DNA of 64,000 bases from Macrostomum lignano (taxonomy: Eukaryota), in the NCBI GenBank assembly GCA_002269645.1, contig NIVC01001615.1, forward strand, positions 151,620 through 215,619. Direction: 5' to 3'. The notes below the pieces were generated by a model, which had not been told where the DNA came from, did not search any database, and saw nothing but the letters and a program-made list of their open reading frames with translations. The position numbers were made by a program, and so were the translations under genes. Shown here piece after piece: positions 46,501-58,916 of the stretch (the first letter of the stretch is position 1; every line of letters begins with the position of its first letter).

Positions 46501-48400
46501 CTCCTCAGTGGAGCGGTACCTGCGAAAGCCGGCCTGGGCTGGATTGATCCTCACTCCAGCTGATTCAGCTGATCCTCATTCCACTTGGGTGAGGCGTTCG
46601 TTGATCATCCTTTCAGCGACCTTAGCAACGCAGGAAAGAAGGCATATCGGGCGATAGTCAGCGGTAAGGTTCACCAAGGCAGCTTACAGGGAGCCGCCAG
46701 GGCTGCTCTGGCTTCAATGGCGATAGCTTTGTCGCGCCGCTGGTGGCTGACTGTTGCGTACTCTTTACAGAAGAGGTCAGCCTTTTGACGGTCTGTGGTG
46801 GCTACGCGTCCAGTTGGGGTTTTGATCGCAACGGACGGCCCGCAGGCTGGTGATATGCCGTCGAGGGTGCGGATGATTCCCCAGAGGTCCGCCGACTTCA
46901 GTTCTGCCTGGTAGTCGCTGACGAACTCTTGCCACAGGGATTCTTTGGCTTTGCGGAATGCCTCGTTGGCGGCGGCCGCCGCAGTCTGGAAATCCGTAGC
47001 AAGCGTCTCGTTGTTTAGGTCCGCCCTGAGCTTCTCCAGTGTTTCGCGTCGGGCGTTGCAGGCAGATTTGACTTCGGGGCACCACCAGCCGATCGGGGCG
47101 CGCCGAGCGCCTTTGGGGATTGCCTTGTTCGCCGCGCGGAGTGTGGTGTTGTTGTTAAACGAGGGTGGGAAGCCAGGGGGCAACCCTTGCGTTAGCGAGT
47201 GTGGTGTTAGTGAGCTTGGCAGCCGCCCCTGAGGCGGTCCGGGGTGGGCGCTTTGTCCAGTGTTTTAGCTCGGATTCGATGACCTGGCGGAAAAGATCCC
47301 AGTTGGCTTTCTGATAGGCGAAGCGAGTCGTTCTTTTGGTGCGGCGTTGTCGCTGGCTCGAAACGTAGGACGGGCTGGTACACCACCTGGAACACGAGGT
47401 CTTGCAGTCGCAATGTCATTCGCTCGATCCGTGGCGGTGGCCGAGATCCCGGAATTTCAGGCCACCGTACTTCACTGCCAGGGCCTCGCGCTCCGTCTGG
47501 GAGTAGCGCTGCTCCGTCGGGCTCAGACTGCAGCTGGCGTAGGCCACCGGCCGTGTCGATCCGTCCGGCTGTACCTGGGCAAGGATGGCGCCGACGCCGG
47601 TTGGGCTGGCGTCCACGATCAGCTGGATCTGCAGTTCGCTGTTGACGAATACCAGCGCCTGGCTGCTGGATGTCGTTGAAGGCCGCTTCCTGCTGCTCGC
47701 CTCAGGTCCACTCGGCGGCTCGCTTCGTCAGCTCCCGTAACGGCCAGGCCCTATCGGACAGGTTGCTGATGAAGCTGGCCACGAAGGTGACGAGACCCAG
47801 GAAGGAGCGGACCTCGGTCGCGTTGGTCGGCCGCTTGAAGCTGCGGAAGGCCTCCACCTTCTCCTTGCTTGGGTGGATGCCGGCGGCCGTGAGTCGCATG
47901 GCAAGGAAGTCGACCTCCCCCTGGGCGAACCGACACTTCTTGATGTTCAGTGTGATGTTGCTCTCCTTCAGTCGAGCAAGGCAGTCTCGAAGACGCTGGA
48001 TGTGCTCCTTGATGTCCTTTGCGTACACCAGGATGTCGTCATGCACGCCCGGGAGACCGCTCAGGACGGAGGTCATCAAATGCTGGAGGATCTCCGAGGC
48101 GGACGTGTAGCCCATGCAGAGACGGCGCAGTCGCAGGAGGCCGATGGCAGACTTGGTTGGCATCTGGCCTCAGCTTGATGGTAACGCTGACTCCCTTGAC
48201 GCATCCGATGACTTGCAAGCGGTCGCTGAAGCCTGCCAGGATGCTCTTGAGCTGCAGCTGCTTGGGCAGGTGACGGTCCTTGCAGTCCGCTGGCTTGGCC
48301 AGGCTAGCCACCATCGCCGATTCTTTGACGACCGCTGGACCAAACCTCAGCATGAGTATCGGAGTTCAGCTGCTGTTGATGATGAAGGTGAAAGAGAATC
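43590..48400 (-). mobile_element. Decayed Ty3/gypsy (Mag-like) pol: RT, RNase H, integrase
   Basis: RT GYTSASEILQ..L.GLPGV.DDIL...KKCRF (47702-48163); RNase H DASPTGVGAIL...YAS..L...E.RYSQTEREALA; integrase LAH..HQGI, WW, C..C, PW.ELGMDIFGP, GNGATER. Multiple frameshifts; no LTRs recognised. Confidence 0.88.
44800..47365 (-). mobile_element. RNase H-containing LINE (I/R1 group) nested in the gypsy pol
   Basis: RT motifs GLPQGSVLAPTL and YADD; PKLLGVYLDPQLTF; RNase H QWVPGH. Gypsy pol is interrupted between RNase H and integrase. Boundaries approximate. Confidence 0.82.
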
Positions 48401-50152
48401 TTCCTACAAACATATACGCTTGTAAAAAGAGCGTTTATTTTGGCATTCTCGTCAATTAAGCTTGGCGTAGAGAAATCGGGACCGGGGCTCCATTTTCATT
48501 TTCCATTTTGACTCTTAAGTTCACATCCTCTTTTCCAGGAAACTTGGTTTCCCGTCCTTCTGTAGCACGGCCGCCGGATTTTTACACGGCCACCTGATGA
48601 CGAACTTTCTGTCCGCTGTTTGGTTAGGACTTTTGCACGTTGCATGAACACTTTTTTGTTGTTTTCCTTTTGTGCCTGATTTGCGCCGTCGGGGTGGGGG
48701 CTGCTCTCTTATTACTTTCATCTCGCTGTAGTCTGTGCATGCCGCCACTCCAGATGGGTGAGTCATTTTAACTTTTCCACCGCTGGCTATATCATCGCTC
48801 CGCAGTTGTCGTGCATGCCAAAATATATTTTGCGATTTTTCCCTCTAAATTCTCTGCTCTCACGAGCTACACAATTTAGACAGGATCGTGTCGTACAACA
48901 GATTTATTGGTGGTGTTGACAGGCTGGAGCCCTATAACCCATGCCGGCGACCGGCAAAAGAGGCCCTCACAAAGCTTAGCGCGCATCTTTTTCTTGTGCT
49001 GTCCAGAAACGGCTGGATTGTGTGTACCGATCGTGCGGAGGTACACTCGAGTTTCTAAAGTTCAGCAGGCTATGATAGCCGCAAGCTACGATGCTCACTT
49101 GAGATTCTTAACATTTGAATCGGATATGCAAGATTCTGTGCAACTGCATAGCTCGTAGAATCCACTGTAGCAGGTCAAATATAGCAACATACTTGGGGTT
49201 GAGGCTGTCACTCTTGCTTGCGTTAACCACTATGAAATCGAAGTCGCATGCTGCAGGACACCGTGGTGACTGTCAATGGGGTAGGGTAAGGAGAAGGGAA
49301 GGGAGACAAGCTAAAAGGGAGATAGGATAGAAACTTGCAGGTTGGATGCGATTCACACTACTGATCAGGGAAGTAGAACGACAGTGCATGACGGGACCAA
49401 TTCCATCTGCAGTTTTCTGCAGCTAGCCACCGCCAGACCGGAGTCTGACGGGTTCACCGGGAAATGCGCGAGTTTTTGCTCAGAAAATAAACGTGCTGCG
49501 GTAGCAAAACAGTAGTTCAAAGTTCAAGCAGTAGTTAAAATTTTTCATTTCTGTTTAGTGCAATTGTGGCAGGAGCCTTAACGCGCTAAGGTTAACGCGC
49601 TATTGCACTGTCGAATGCGTGAGATCCATGTGCGTGCCCAGGCTCAGTCGAATGAGCGTCACTTGAGACAATTGAAAAACTCGTCAGCGAGCGAAGATCT
49701 CTCAGCTAAGCCATTTTGTCCAGGAACATGACTTAAAGTGAACGGAAGTTTTCAGAACCTAGGGCAAGATGGCAAAAAAATTAAATTATAAACACAGTGC
49801 TCATGGACTGTTCAGTCGCCATCAACTATTAACGTTGGTTTCAAGTAAAAGCTAAAATATAGCAAAACCAAAACAGAAATAAAAATTGATTCAATCATAA
49901 ATTGAATGAAAAACTGAATTGCTCAGCCGCAAGTTACAATCAAGCCAGACTTCCACCAAATCAGTAGACACGGTAATTACGGACAAATGCACTGATAGGC
50001 ACTCAAGTTGATTGCTGTTGTCTGGACGAGTATTTATCCGACGCATCCGCGAAGAGTTGAGGGGAATCGACAGCAGAAAAAGTTCCCAGCTTTCAGTGGC
50101 GCTCTCCATTTGCAATAAATTCGAAGTCACAAGCAAAAAATTTCCAATACCT

Positions 50153-51858
50153 ATGAAAACATTTCACTGTGACAGACAGCACCTCTTGGTGCAGCCGTTT
50201 CTTCTGACTCTCCTGGCGCTCAGTGCAGCCTCGGCAACTGTGGATCAGGCGGCCACAGCTCACTTCTCGGTGACTAACGGGCTCTGCAGCACTGAGGAGT
50301 CGCTTGCTGAAGCCTCGGAAGCGGCGAGTAAAATCGAATGCGCAGCGCACTGCGCCAGGACCAGCGGCTGCATCGCCTGCCACGGCAACGAGTCGCTTTC
50401 CAACAATAAGTGGCGGCTTCTGCGAAACCGGTCGGCTCAGCTGACGCCCGGAAGTTGCAAACTGATCGCCAAGATGGACACTGCTCTGGGTAACATATTT
50501 TTATTTATTCAAAACACAAATTTAGTGCTAAGCAGGAACCCAAAGAACCGCGTTTCGAATAAAAAAATTTGCTTTTAGAGAATTGCGAAGACAACAAAAC
50601 ACTCGAAGCGCCGTTTCTGGTCCTTAATTCTACGAGTGTGGCTGAAAACCTGGCCGAGCTCCTCTGCTTCCGATGGTGCACGCGGCTGGCGGCGGACGGC
50701 TCCCTGTTTGCGCCGATTCTCGACGCCGCAGCCGCTGCCCCCAAAGCCGCCGGACCCGCCGTCCGCTGCGTGTCGTTCAATGCCTCCGCCTACTTCGCCC
50801 ACATCGCTGCCGCCGACTACCCAGCCGACGACTTCTCGCCTCTCGCCGTGTCGGTCCGTTGGCGAAGCCACTTCTCCAGCGAGACCTGGTGCACCCACAC
50901 TGCGGCCGCCAATGTCCCGCCTGTGCTCCACCTCGCTTGGTCGCAGCCGCATCACCTGGACGTTTGCGCCCACGCCTGCGCGTCGCGTCCGACCTGCGAG
51001 TTCTTCGTCTTCAACGCGTCCGGCTGCTTTGAGGGATCGCTCAGCCTCTACCTGAACAGCCGCCTCCACGGCGTCCAAGGCTGCAGCATGTGGCACAAAG
51101 CGCGCACCTGGGCCTCATCAATGCTCGCCTTCTACACCTTCAACTCGAGCATGCTGAACCTCGCCAACCCGACCGTCATGCCGGCCGTCAACAACACACC
51201 GATCGACATCGGACCCGACGGCGTCCAGATTCCGGTGAGCATATCGCAGTTCGTGAGGCTCAACCTGTCGCACATTGGCTTCGACTCGCTTGTCAGGTTC
51301 GTTTTTTCTTTTTGTATTTTGAATTTAAATTTAACTTTTTCACTGACCCTCCTTTTCTCATCTAACAGCATCCCACCGACACCTTTCAGGGCTGGGACGC
51401 AATTCACCTTCTTTGTCACTTTCGTTCGGGGCACTGTAAAGTATCGAACCGAGCTCGCAATGTTCGCCAGCTGCTCCAACAACAACAACCACAACGGTGC
51501 CATCAACGAACAGTCCGTTGGCAACGAAGGCTGGTTCCTGAACTCCCTGACTGGCGATTGGCAGGTTGCAACGTCCGTCGCTGCTGGATCGACTTACACC
51601 TATCCCAGCGGCTCTGCAATCCACTTTGCCATGGCCATCGGCCCGACATCCGGCTACTTTGTGGTGAACGGTGTGAAGCTGGACACCACCTTCTACACCT
51701 CCGCCAGCACGTACGGCACGGATCCCGAGCGAATCGGCTGCCTCTACCTTGGCTTCAACTGGCATAATGCGCCAACAAAGTTTTTGTACGGCCGAATCAA
51801 AGTACTCGGCATCTTCAAAGAAATGCTCACTGTTGAGCAGATTATGGAGTTGGTTTAG
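50153..51858 (+). CDS. Secreted protein with PAN/apple-like modules and a C-terminal LamG/concanavalin (pentraxin-like) domain, 3 exons, 514 aa
   Basis: Exons 50153-50489, 50579-51296, 51369-51858. Signal peptide; SKIECAAHC..TSGC and LDVCAHAC..RPTCEFFVF PAN patterns, plus a weaker middle one; LAFYTFN...HFAM...FVVNG...LYLG...LYGRI..LGIF..MLT.EQI. Confidence 0.72.
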
Positions 51859-52149
51859 TTTTGGGATACGGAAATGGGAAAATATTACTGCTCCAAGCAA
51901 CTTGTGTGGACACACTAAACCTGAAGAACACACTATACACACGCTCGTATGAAGAGACATTTTTGAAATGGTTCACAGTTTTTGAATATCGAGTGTCTTG
52001 ATGCAGACAAGAATTACATCAAGGATAATATATTGACCCTTGATCCTTGATTGACCCTTGAGCGTGTCTCCGATTCAGCCTGAGCTAAACACTTTCTTAT
52101 TCTACATGCAGTCCATTAATTCTTATTGCAGCAATTGTCTGTCAACGCA

Positions 52150-52390
52150 AAATAACAATACGCGTTGTCCCAGAAGGTCCCTCAAAACAGCGTCACTTGG
52201 CGCTCGATATGGGGCCTCAGGTAGAATCCATGGCCCACCTGTTCGCGCCTTTATAGGCTACCTTCACCGGCGAAAGCAGCCGCACCTCCTAAATAAACTC
52301 TGGCCAGAACAAATGGATGATGTGGCCATCCAGCTGGAGTCGCCGACGGCGCAACAGGTCGCTTGGACGGGCCGGCCGACGCGGCAATGA
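52150..52390 (-). mobile_element. Decayed RTE LINE 3' fragment
   Basis: CAGCTGGAGTCGCCGACGGCGCA...CTTGGACGGGCC is shared with 40937-40982. Confidence 0.6.
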
Positions 52391-53685
52391 AGTGTTATGT
52401 AAATGCCTCGCTCGTCGCCAATCTCGAATGCGTAGTGTAAGCGGCATTTTCTTTTACTTGAGTGCAACCCTGTTGGAATCCATGTCTCGGTACTCTAAAG
52501 GTCTGCCCTCTGGCGGTCAGACAGGGCCTCGGACAGCATGACCCCAATATAGACTGACAGATATAAGAGTATATATTGAATCACCTTTTTTTCAGCACGC
52601 AAACCTAGACCTTACAGTCACGAATTTTGGTTCGATTCCGGGAGCCGCCACATTTTCATTTCGAGCTTGTGACAAAAACATTCGTCGTGGCATTTTTCGT
52701 CAGCGAAATGAGCAGAACTGCTTTACTGCTGCTTGTGAGACGATTTCACCGAAGGCGTTGCGCCAGGATGGCGACACATTATTACTATTTCGTTTTTTAT
52801 CAACAAAAGATGAGGCGCATGTGCCTAATGGAAAAGAGGAGCAAAGGTATTGAATATATTTATTGCCAATAGTAGAAAATAGAAAATTTGAATGCAGAAA
52901 CAGAAGAGTAAGAGGGAGGGATAGGGGGAGCTTAAAGACTGCAGGCGCAGCAGATGAGGCGAGACCTCTTAGTGGGGGAGCGAAGGAGCAGGGGGTAGGG
53001 AGGTGCAAATTTGCGGAGGGAAGTAAGAGTGAGATGAAGGGAGGGAAGTAAGTGAGATGAAGGGAGCTGTTATGGCGGACGCATACCTGTGCTTGGGGGT
53101 TAGTTTAAAGTACGCTATGCGTCACCCATTGTCGTTTACTCTCGGTCTAAATTGCGTCATCCACAGACTCATCGCTCATCGTACAGTATTTGGTTGTTTC
53201 TCTCTAACTTGTTGTTTTTTTGTTGTTGTTGTTTCTCTCTAACGGCTATTTAACTTGTTAAAGTGCAGTACGCTAGCATAAATATATAGCAAATCGCGAG
53301 CAGCTCAAATCGCAGCTTTCTACTAGCAAATTATCGGAGCTCAAGTCAAACACAACAGGAGCTACATTGAGATGAGGGGTGAGAGACTGTGCACGACAAT
53401 TGAAGCACGGAAATTCAGAGCACAGAAACAGCGATGCGTCCTGACATTTTTTTCTTACTTTTTCGGAATATGGCGCCTACAAAACAAGCAAAAGAAGGCA
53501 GCGATAGACAGCATTTGGAGTGTATTTCATTCGATCGAGTAACATACCAGGTTGACTCATTGAAAGATAAAAAAAATATCAGTTAAATTCAACTTTTTTT
53601 GCGACAGCAATCGATTGAAGAAAAGTGATAAATCATTTTGATTTAACTGTGCAGATAAATGGGTCTATGACATTTGCTCTTGGTT

Positions 53686-56545
53686 GTGCTGCTAGCCGGA
53701 TGTGTTGCTAGCCGGATGTGTTGCTAGCCGGATGTGTTGCTAGCCGGATGTGTTGCTAGCCAGATGTGTTGCTAGCCGGATGTGTTGCTAGCCGGATGTG
53801 TTGCTAGCCAGATGTGTTGCTAGCCGGATGTGTTTCTAGTCAGACGTGTTGCTAGTCAGATGTGTTGCTAGCCGGATATGTTTCTAGCCAGATGTGTTGC
53901 TAGCCAGATGTGTCGCTAGCCGGATGTGTTGCTAGCCGGATGTGTTGCTAGCCAGATGTGTTGCTAGCCGGATGTGTTGCTAGCCGGATGTGTATCTAGC
54001 CAGATGTGTTGCTAGCCAGATGTGTTGCTAGCCGGATGTGTTGCTAGCCGGATGTGTTGCTAGCCAGATGTGTTGCTAGCCGGATGTGTTTCTAGTCAGA
54101 CGTGTTGCTAGTCAGATGTGTTGCTAGCCGGATATGTTGCTAGTCAGATGTGTTGCTAGCCAGATGTGTTGCTAGCCGGATGTGTATCTAGCCAGATGTG
54201 TTGCTAGCCAGATGTGTTGCTAGCCGGATGTGTTGCTAGCCGGATGTGTTGCTAGCCAGATGTGTTGCTAGCCGGATGTGTTTCTAGTCAGACGTGTTGC
54301 TAGTCAGATGTGTTGCTAGCCGGATATGTTTCTAGCCAGATGTGTTGCTAGCCAGATGTGTTGCTAGCCGGATGTGTTGCTAGCCGGATGTGTTGCTAGC
54401 CAGATGTGTTGCTAGCCGGATGTGTTGCTAGCCGGATGTGTTTCTAGTCAGACGTGTTGCTAGTCAGATGTGTTGCTAGCCGGATATGTTTCTAGCCAGA
54501 TGTGTTGCTAGCCAGATGTGTTGCTAGCCGGATGTGTTGCTAGCCGGATGTGTTGCTAGCCAGATGTGTTGCTAGCCGGATGTGTTGCTAGTCAGATGTG
54601 TTGCTAGCCGGATGTGTTGCTAGCCGGATGTGTATCTAGCCAGATGTGTTGCTAGCCAGATGTGTTGCTAGCCGGATGTGTTGCTAGCCGGATGTGTTGC
54701 TAGCCAGATGTGTTGCTAGCCGGATGTGTTTCTAGTCAGACGTGTTGCTAGTCAGATGTGTTGCTAGCCGGATATGTTGCTAGTCAGATGTGTTGCTAGC
54801 CGGATATGTTTCTAGTCAGATGTGTTGCTAGCCGGATGTGTTGCTAGCCGGATGTGTTGCTAGCCGGATGTGTTACTAGCCGGATGTGTTTTTAGTCAGA
54901 TGTGTTGCTAGCCGGATGTGTTACTAGCCGGATGTGTTTCTAGTCAGATGTGTTTTTAGTCAGATGTGTTGCTAGCCGGATGTGTTACTAGCCGGATGTG
55001 TTTCTAGTCAGATGTGTTTCTAGTCAGATGTGTTGCTAGCCGGATGTGTTACTAGCCGGATGTGTTTCTAGTCAGACGTGTTGCTAGTCAGATGTGTTGC
55101 TAGCCGGATATGTTGCTAGTCAGATGTGTTGCTAGCCGGATGTGTTACTAGCCGGATGTGTTTTTAGTCAGATGTGTTGCTAGCCGGATGTGTTTCTAGT
55201 CAGATGTGTTGCTAGCCGGATGTGTTACTAGCCGGATGTGTTTCTAGTCAGATGTGTTGCTAGCCGGATGTGTTACTAGCCGGATGTGTTTCTAGTCAGA
55301 TGTGTTGCTAGCCGGATGTGTTACTAGCCGGATGTGTTGCTAGCCGGATGTGTTGCTAGCCGGATGTGTTTCTAGTCAGACGTGTTGCTAGTCAGATGTG
55401 TTGCTAGCCGGATATGTTGCTAGTCAGATGTGTTGCTAGCCGGATGTGTTACTAGCCGGATGTGTTTCTAGTCAGATGTGTTGCTAGCCGGATGTGTTAC
55501 TAGCCGGATGTGTTATAGCCGGATGTGTTTCTAGTCAGATGTGTTGCTAGTCAGATGTGTTGCTAGCCGGATGTGTTACTAGCCAGATGTGTTTCTAGCC
55601 GGATGTGTTACTAGCCGGATGTGTTTTTAGTCAGATGTGTTGCTAGCCGGATGTGTTTCTAGTCAGATGTGTTGCTAGCCGGATGTGTTACTAGCCGGAT
55701 GTGTTTCTAGTCAGATGTGTTGCTAAGCCGGATGTGTTACTAGCCGGATGTGTTTCTAGTCAGATGTGTTGCTAGCCGGATGTGTTACTAGCCGGATGTG
55801 TGCTAGCCGGATGTGTTGCTAGCCGATGTGTTTCTAGTCAGACGTGTTGCTAGTCAGATGTGTTGCTAGCCGGATATGTTGCTAGTCAGATGTGTTGCTA
55901 GCGATGTGTTACTAGCCGGATGTGTTTCTAGTCAGATGTGTTGCTAGCCGGATGTGTTACTAGCCGGATGTGTTAATAGCCGGATGTGTTTCTAGTCAGA
56001 TGTGTTGCTAGTCAGATGTGTTGCTAGCCGGATGTGTTACTAGCCAGATGTGTTTCTAGCCGGATGTGTTACTAGCCGGATGTGTTTTTAGTCAGATGTG
56101 TTGCTAGCCGGATGTGTTTCTAGTCAGATGTGTTGCTAGCCGGATGTGTTACTAGCCGGATGTGTTTCTAGTCAGATGTGTTGCTAGCCGGATGTGTTAC
56201 TAGCCGGATGTGTTTCTAGTCAGATGTGTTGCTAGCCGGATGTGTTACTAGCCGGATGTGTTGCTAGCCGGATGTGTTACTAGCCGGATGTGTTGCTAGC
56301 CGGATGTGTTGCTAGTCAGATGTGTTGCTAGCCGGATATGTTGCTAGTCAGATGTGTTGCTAGCCGGATGTGTTACTAGCCGGATGTGTTTCTAGTCAGA
56401 TGTGTTGCTAGCCGGATGTGTTACTAGCCGGATGTGTTAATAGCCGGATGTGTTTCTAGTCAGATGTGTTGCTAGTCAGATGTGTTGCTAGCCGGATGTG
56501 TTACTAGCCAGATGTGTTTCTAGCCGGATGTGTTGCTGTCTAGCC
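53686..56545. repeat. 16-bp minisatellite (about 2.85 kb)
   Basis: Unit GGATGTGTTGCTAGCC with variants; scattered 1-bp indels appear after about 55700. Confidence 0.97.
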
Positions 56546-56683
56546 AGTGAGTTATTCAGACATTGCACCATAGAACAAAAATCTGGCTAGCAAACGGGGT
56601 CTCTCAAGTTCACATACGATTTTGTTCACTCCTTCACCTCTGATTCAGCAGAGTTGCTTTAGGAAATCAAATCAGATGACCCC

Positions 56684-58916
56684 TCAAATCTGCTTGCCAT
56701 GGATTTGACCCGGCCTGACGGACGATGAAGCTGCTGGCTTTCTTGTCCTGTCTTGGCTATACCGGCCTGTCCAGCCTCGGACGCTGTCGCCGGATGAGGC
56801 AGAGCAGCTGACGACGCCGCCGAATCGCCTCGGGCAGGCCACCTGGGAGCCGCTTTCGGAGGCAGAGGAGCTGCCGATGGCGATGGCTGGAGCAGATTTG
56901 AGAGAGGAGGTCAGATGTCTGCAGCTGACGGTTGTATGGCCCTCTATGGTCATAACTGACCGTCAGAAACGGCAGCTTCTGAGAAGCACAGCAGTTGTAT
57001 CCAAGAGCTCTTACCGCTGTTACTGCAGTCTGTTCTCGAAACTGCATCGGAAGAGGCGGCATTGGCGGTGGCGGATGAGGCGATTTTACTGGAGGCGGTG
57101 GCGGCGGTGGCGGCGGCGGTGGCGTCGGAAGCGTCGGCTTTGCCGGCGGTGGGGGCGGTCTCGGAGGAGGCGCCACCGCAGCTCGATCAGCGGGACGAAG
57201 CTGTCCACCAAGGAGACCGCGGTCCAGCAGCTGCTCGGCAACTGGGCGCAGGCCGACGGCCGCCACAGTTAGCCGCTGGTGGCCCAGCGCACCGTCCACC
57301 AGCCGGACTCCGAGCGCGACTCGGCCACCACCAAATCGCCGAGCGCCGGCTGCGTCAGCCGCTCCGAATCCGACGTTGCGCAGTTGCTGACACAGACGAC
57401 GAACGCATCGGTGGAGTCCGACACCGGCTCGGACGGTGAGCTCGGCGAGTCGGCTCGCGTCGCTGGCGTGAGGAACTGCGCGGGGAACCAGCCGATCCGG
57501 CCGCCGACCTCCACAAGCCAGTAGCCGGTGTCGGCCCGTCGCAGCACCGACGCCGCGTCGCCGGCCTCAGCGCTGAATTCAACACCGTGAGCGTCGCGAC
57601 AGGAGTGGCCGCGAGTCACTAAATAGAGCGGTGCCACCGCCGGAGTTGAAATGTCTGCCGAAGTTGCCTGCGGCCGCCTGAAGTTGGCAAGCATGCATGG
57701 TTTTGCCTGAAAGGGGCAGCTTCTTTTTGACAAGAGTAGACCGTCTGATTCTCATACTAGAAAGCTTGCTAAATAAAAGTGCACGCTCACTCTTTCTGAG
57801 AAGATTTTCTAGCGTCGTCCTCGGAGCAGGAAAAGAACTGAATGACGTGTCGGTGCCGCTGAATGAAATCTGGTAGCTGAAAAATGCTCTGGTAAGAGAG
57901 GAAAAAGTTTGAGCTTAGTAAAATTGCACTTCTAAAGTTTTAGCCAAGTGCAGTATTAGCCATACTTACATTGCAGTATTCCTCCAGTAATGGTCGCCTT
58001 TTAGCTGCTACCTCACGCTCCTTTTTTGTACGAATTAAAACTTTTCCTGGCAGCACTGGGATCAATCGCTCCTCTGGGTGTTTACAACCAGCCTCTTTTG
58101 GGAAAAGTTCCATTATTTGATGCTGAAAAATTGAGCAATTATAAAATTAAGTTATATTTACACTGTATTTGTTAAACATATCAAAACATTGAACACAGAA
58201 AAATATATGCAAACTATAGCTACCTGAAAATTAAAAAACTGATTGTAGCGCCGGTGTATAATTTTGCAGCATCCCTCTTCGTTGCGAATGTTGATAACGA
58301 ACTCCTAAGTACAGAGAGTCAGAAATAAAGCTGTAGTTACGATGCCTTCTCATTAATTTCAAATAAAAAAATAATTTATGACTATTTCACATGCCAAAGT
58401 GGATTCACTATCACATTGATAGCATTTTAGTTTTTTTCATAATTTGGGCTGTCGTAGTTTAATCGGTTTTTTAATTATGACAATTATGACCTTTGCCTGA
58501 ACTGATAACTTTATTAGATACCTTCTGGCAAAAATGAGGTAAATTCAGAAATTAAATAAAAAGGACCACATTAAATCCAGCCTTTCAAGGTGCTACTTGA
58601 TATTTACGCTGCTCAAACATGAGTTATATACTTACATAATATTTTTCATGATTCTTATAAACCTTGTGGAAAAAAGGAATCGAACAATGCATTTCCTTAT
58701 CGAATCGAATCCAAGAATTTTTTTCCTGGTTAAACATCAAATCATTTCTTAGAAAATCCGATGTTTAAAACCACTCGATAAAGCCACTAAAGTTTTTTCT
58801 ATCTACATGAGAATAGGCAATTTTAGGTCTTTTCTCAGCAAAAAAGTAAAAGGCACCTTTTCAGCAGCAATTAGAAAGTATTGCTTTTGGACTACGCTAG
58901 AGTTTGTTATAGAATT
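56684..58916 (-). CDS. PX-SH3-SH3-proline-rich adaptor (p47phox/NOXO1/Tks-like NADPH oxidase organiser); last exon frame-disrupted
   Basis: PX exons 58916-58857, 58662-58636, 58304-58224, 58122-57970, 57888-57791 (IIHRRYNQFFNFQ; LIPVLPGKVL; EVAAKRRPLLEEYC; QLPDFI...VIQFF) closely resemble the Tks5 PX domain. The next exon (about 57722 down) has SH3 YWLV..GRIGWFPAQFL and SESGWW. TAA at 57269-57271, with the polyproline in another frame. Both ends are uncertain. Confidence 0.78.

Noticed and set aside
48521-48766. 81-aa ATG ORF beside the gypsy remnant
   Set aside because: No recognisable motif, paralogue or splice support.
51297-51368. Hydrophobic, transmembrane-like segment inside ORF 50569-51858
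   Set aside because: It is a 72-nt in-frame T-rich GT-AG intron that the ORF track reads through.
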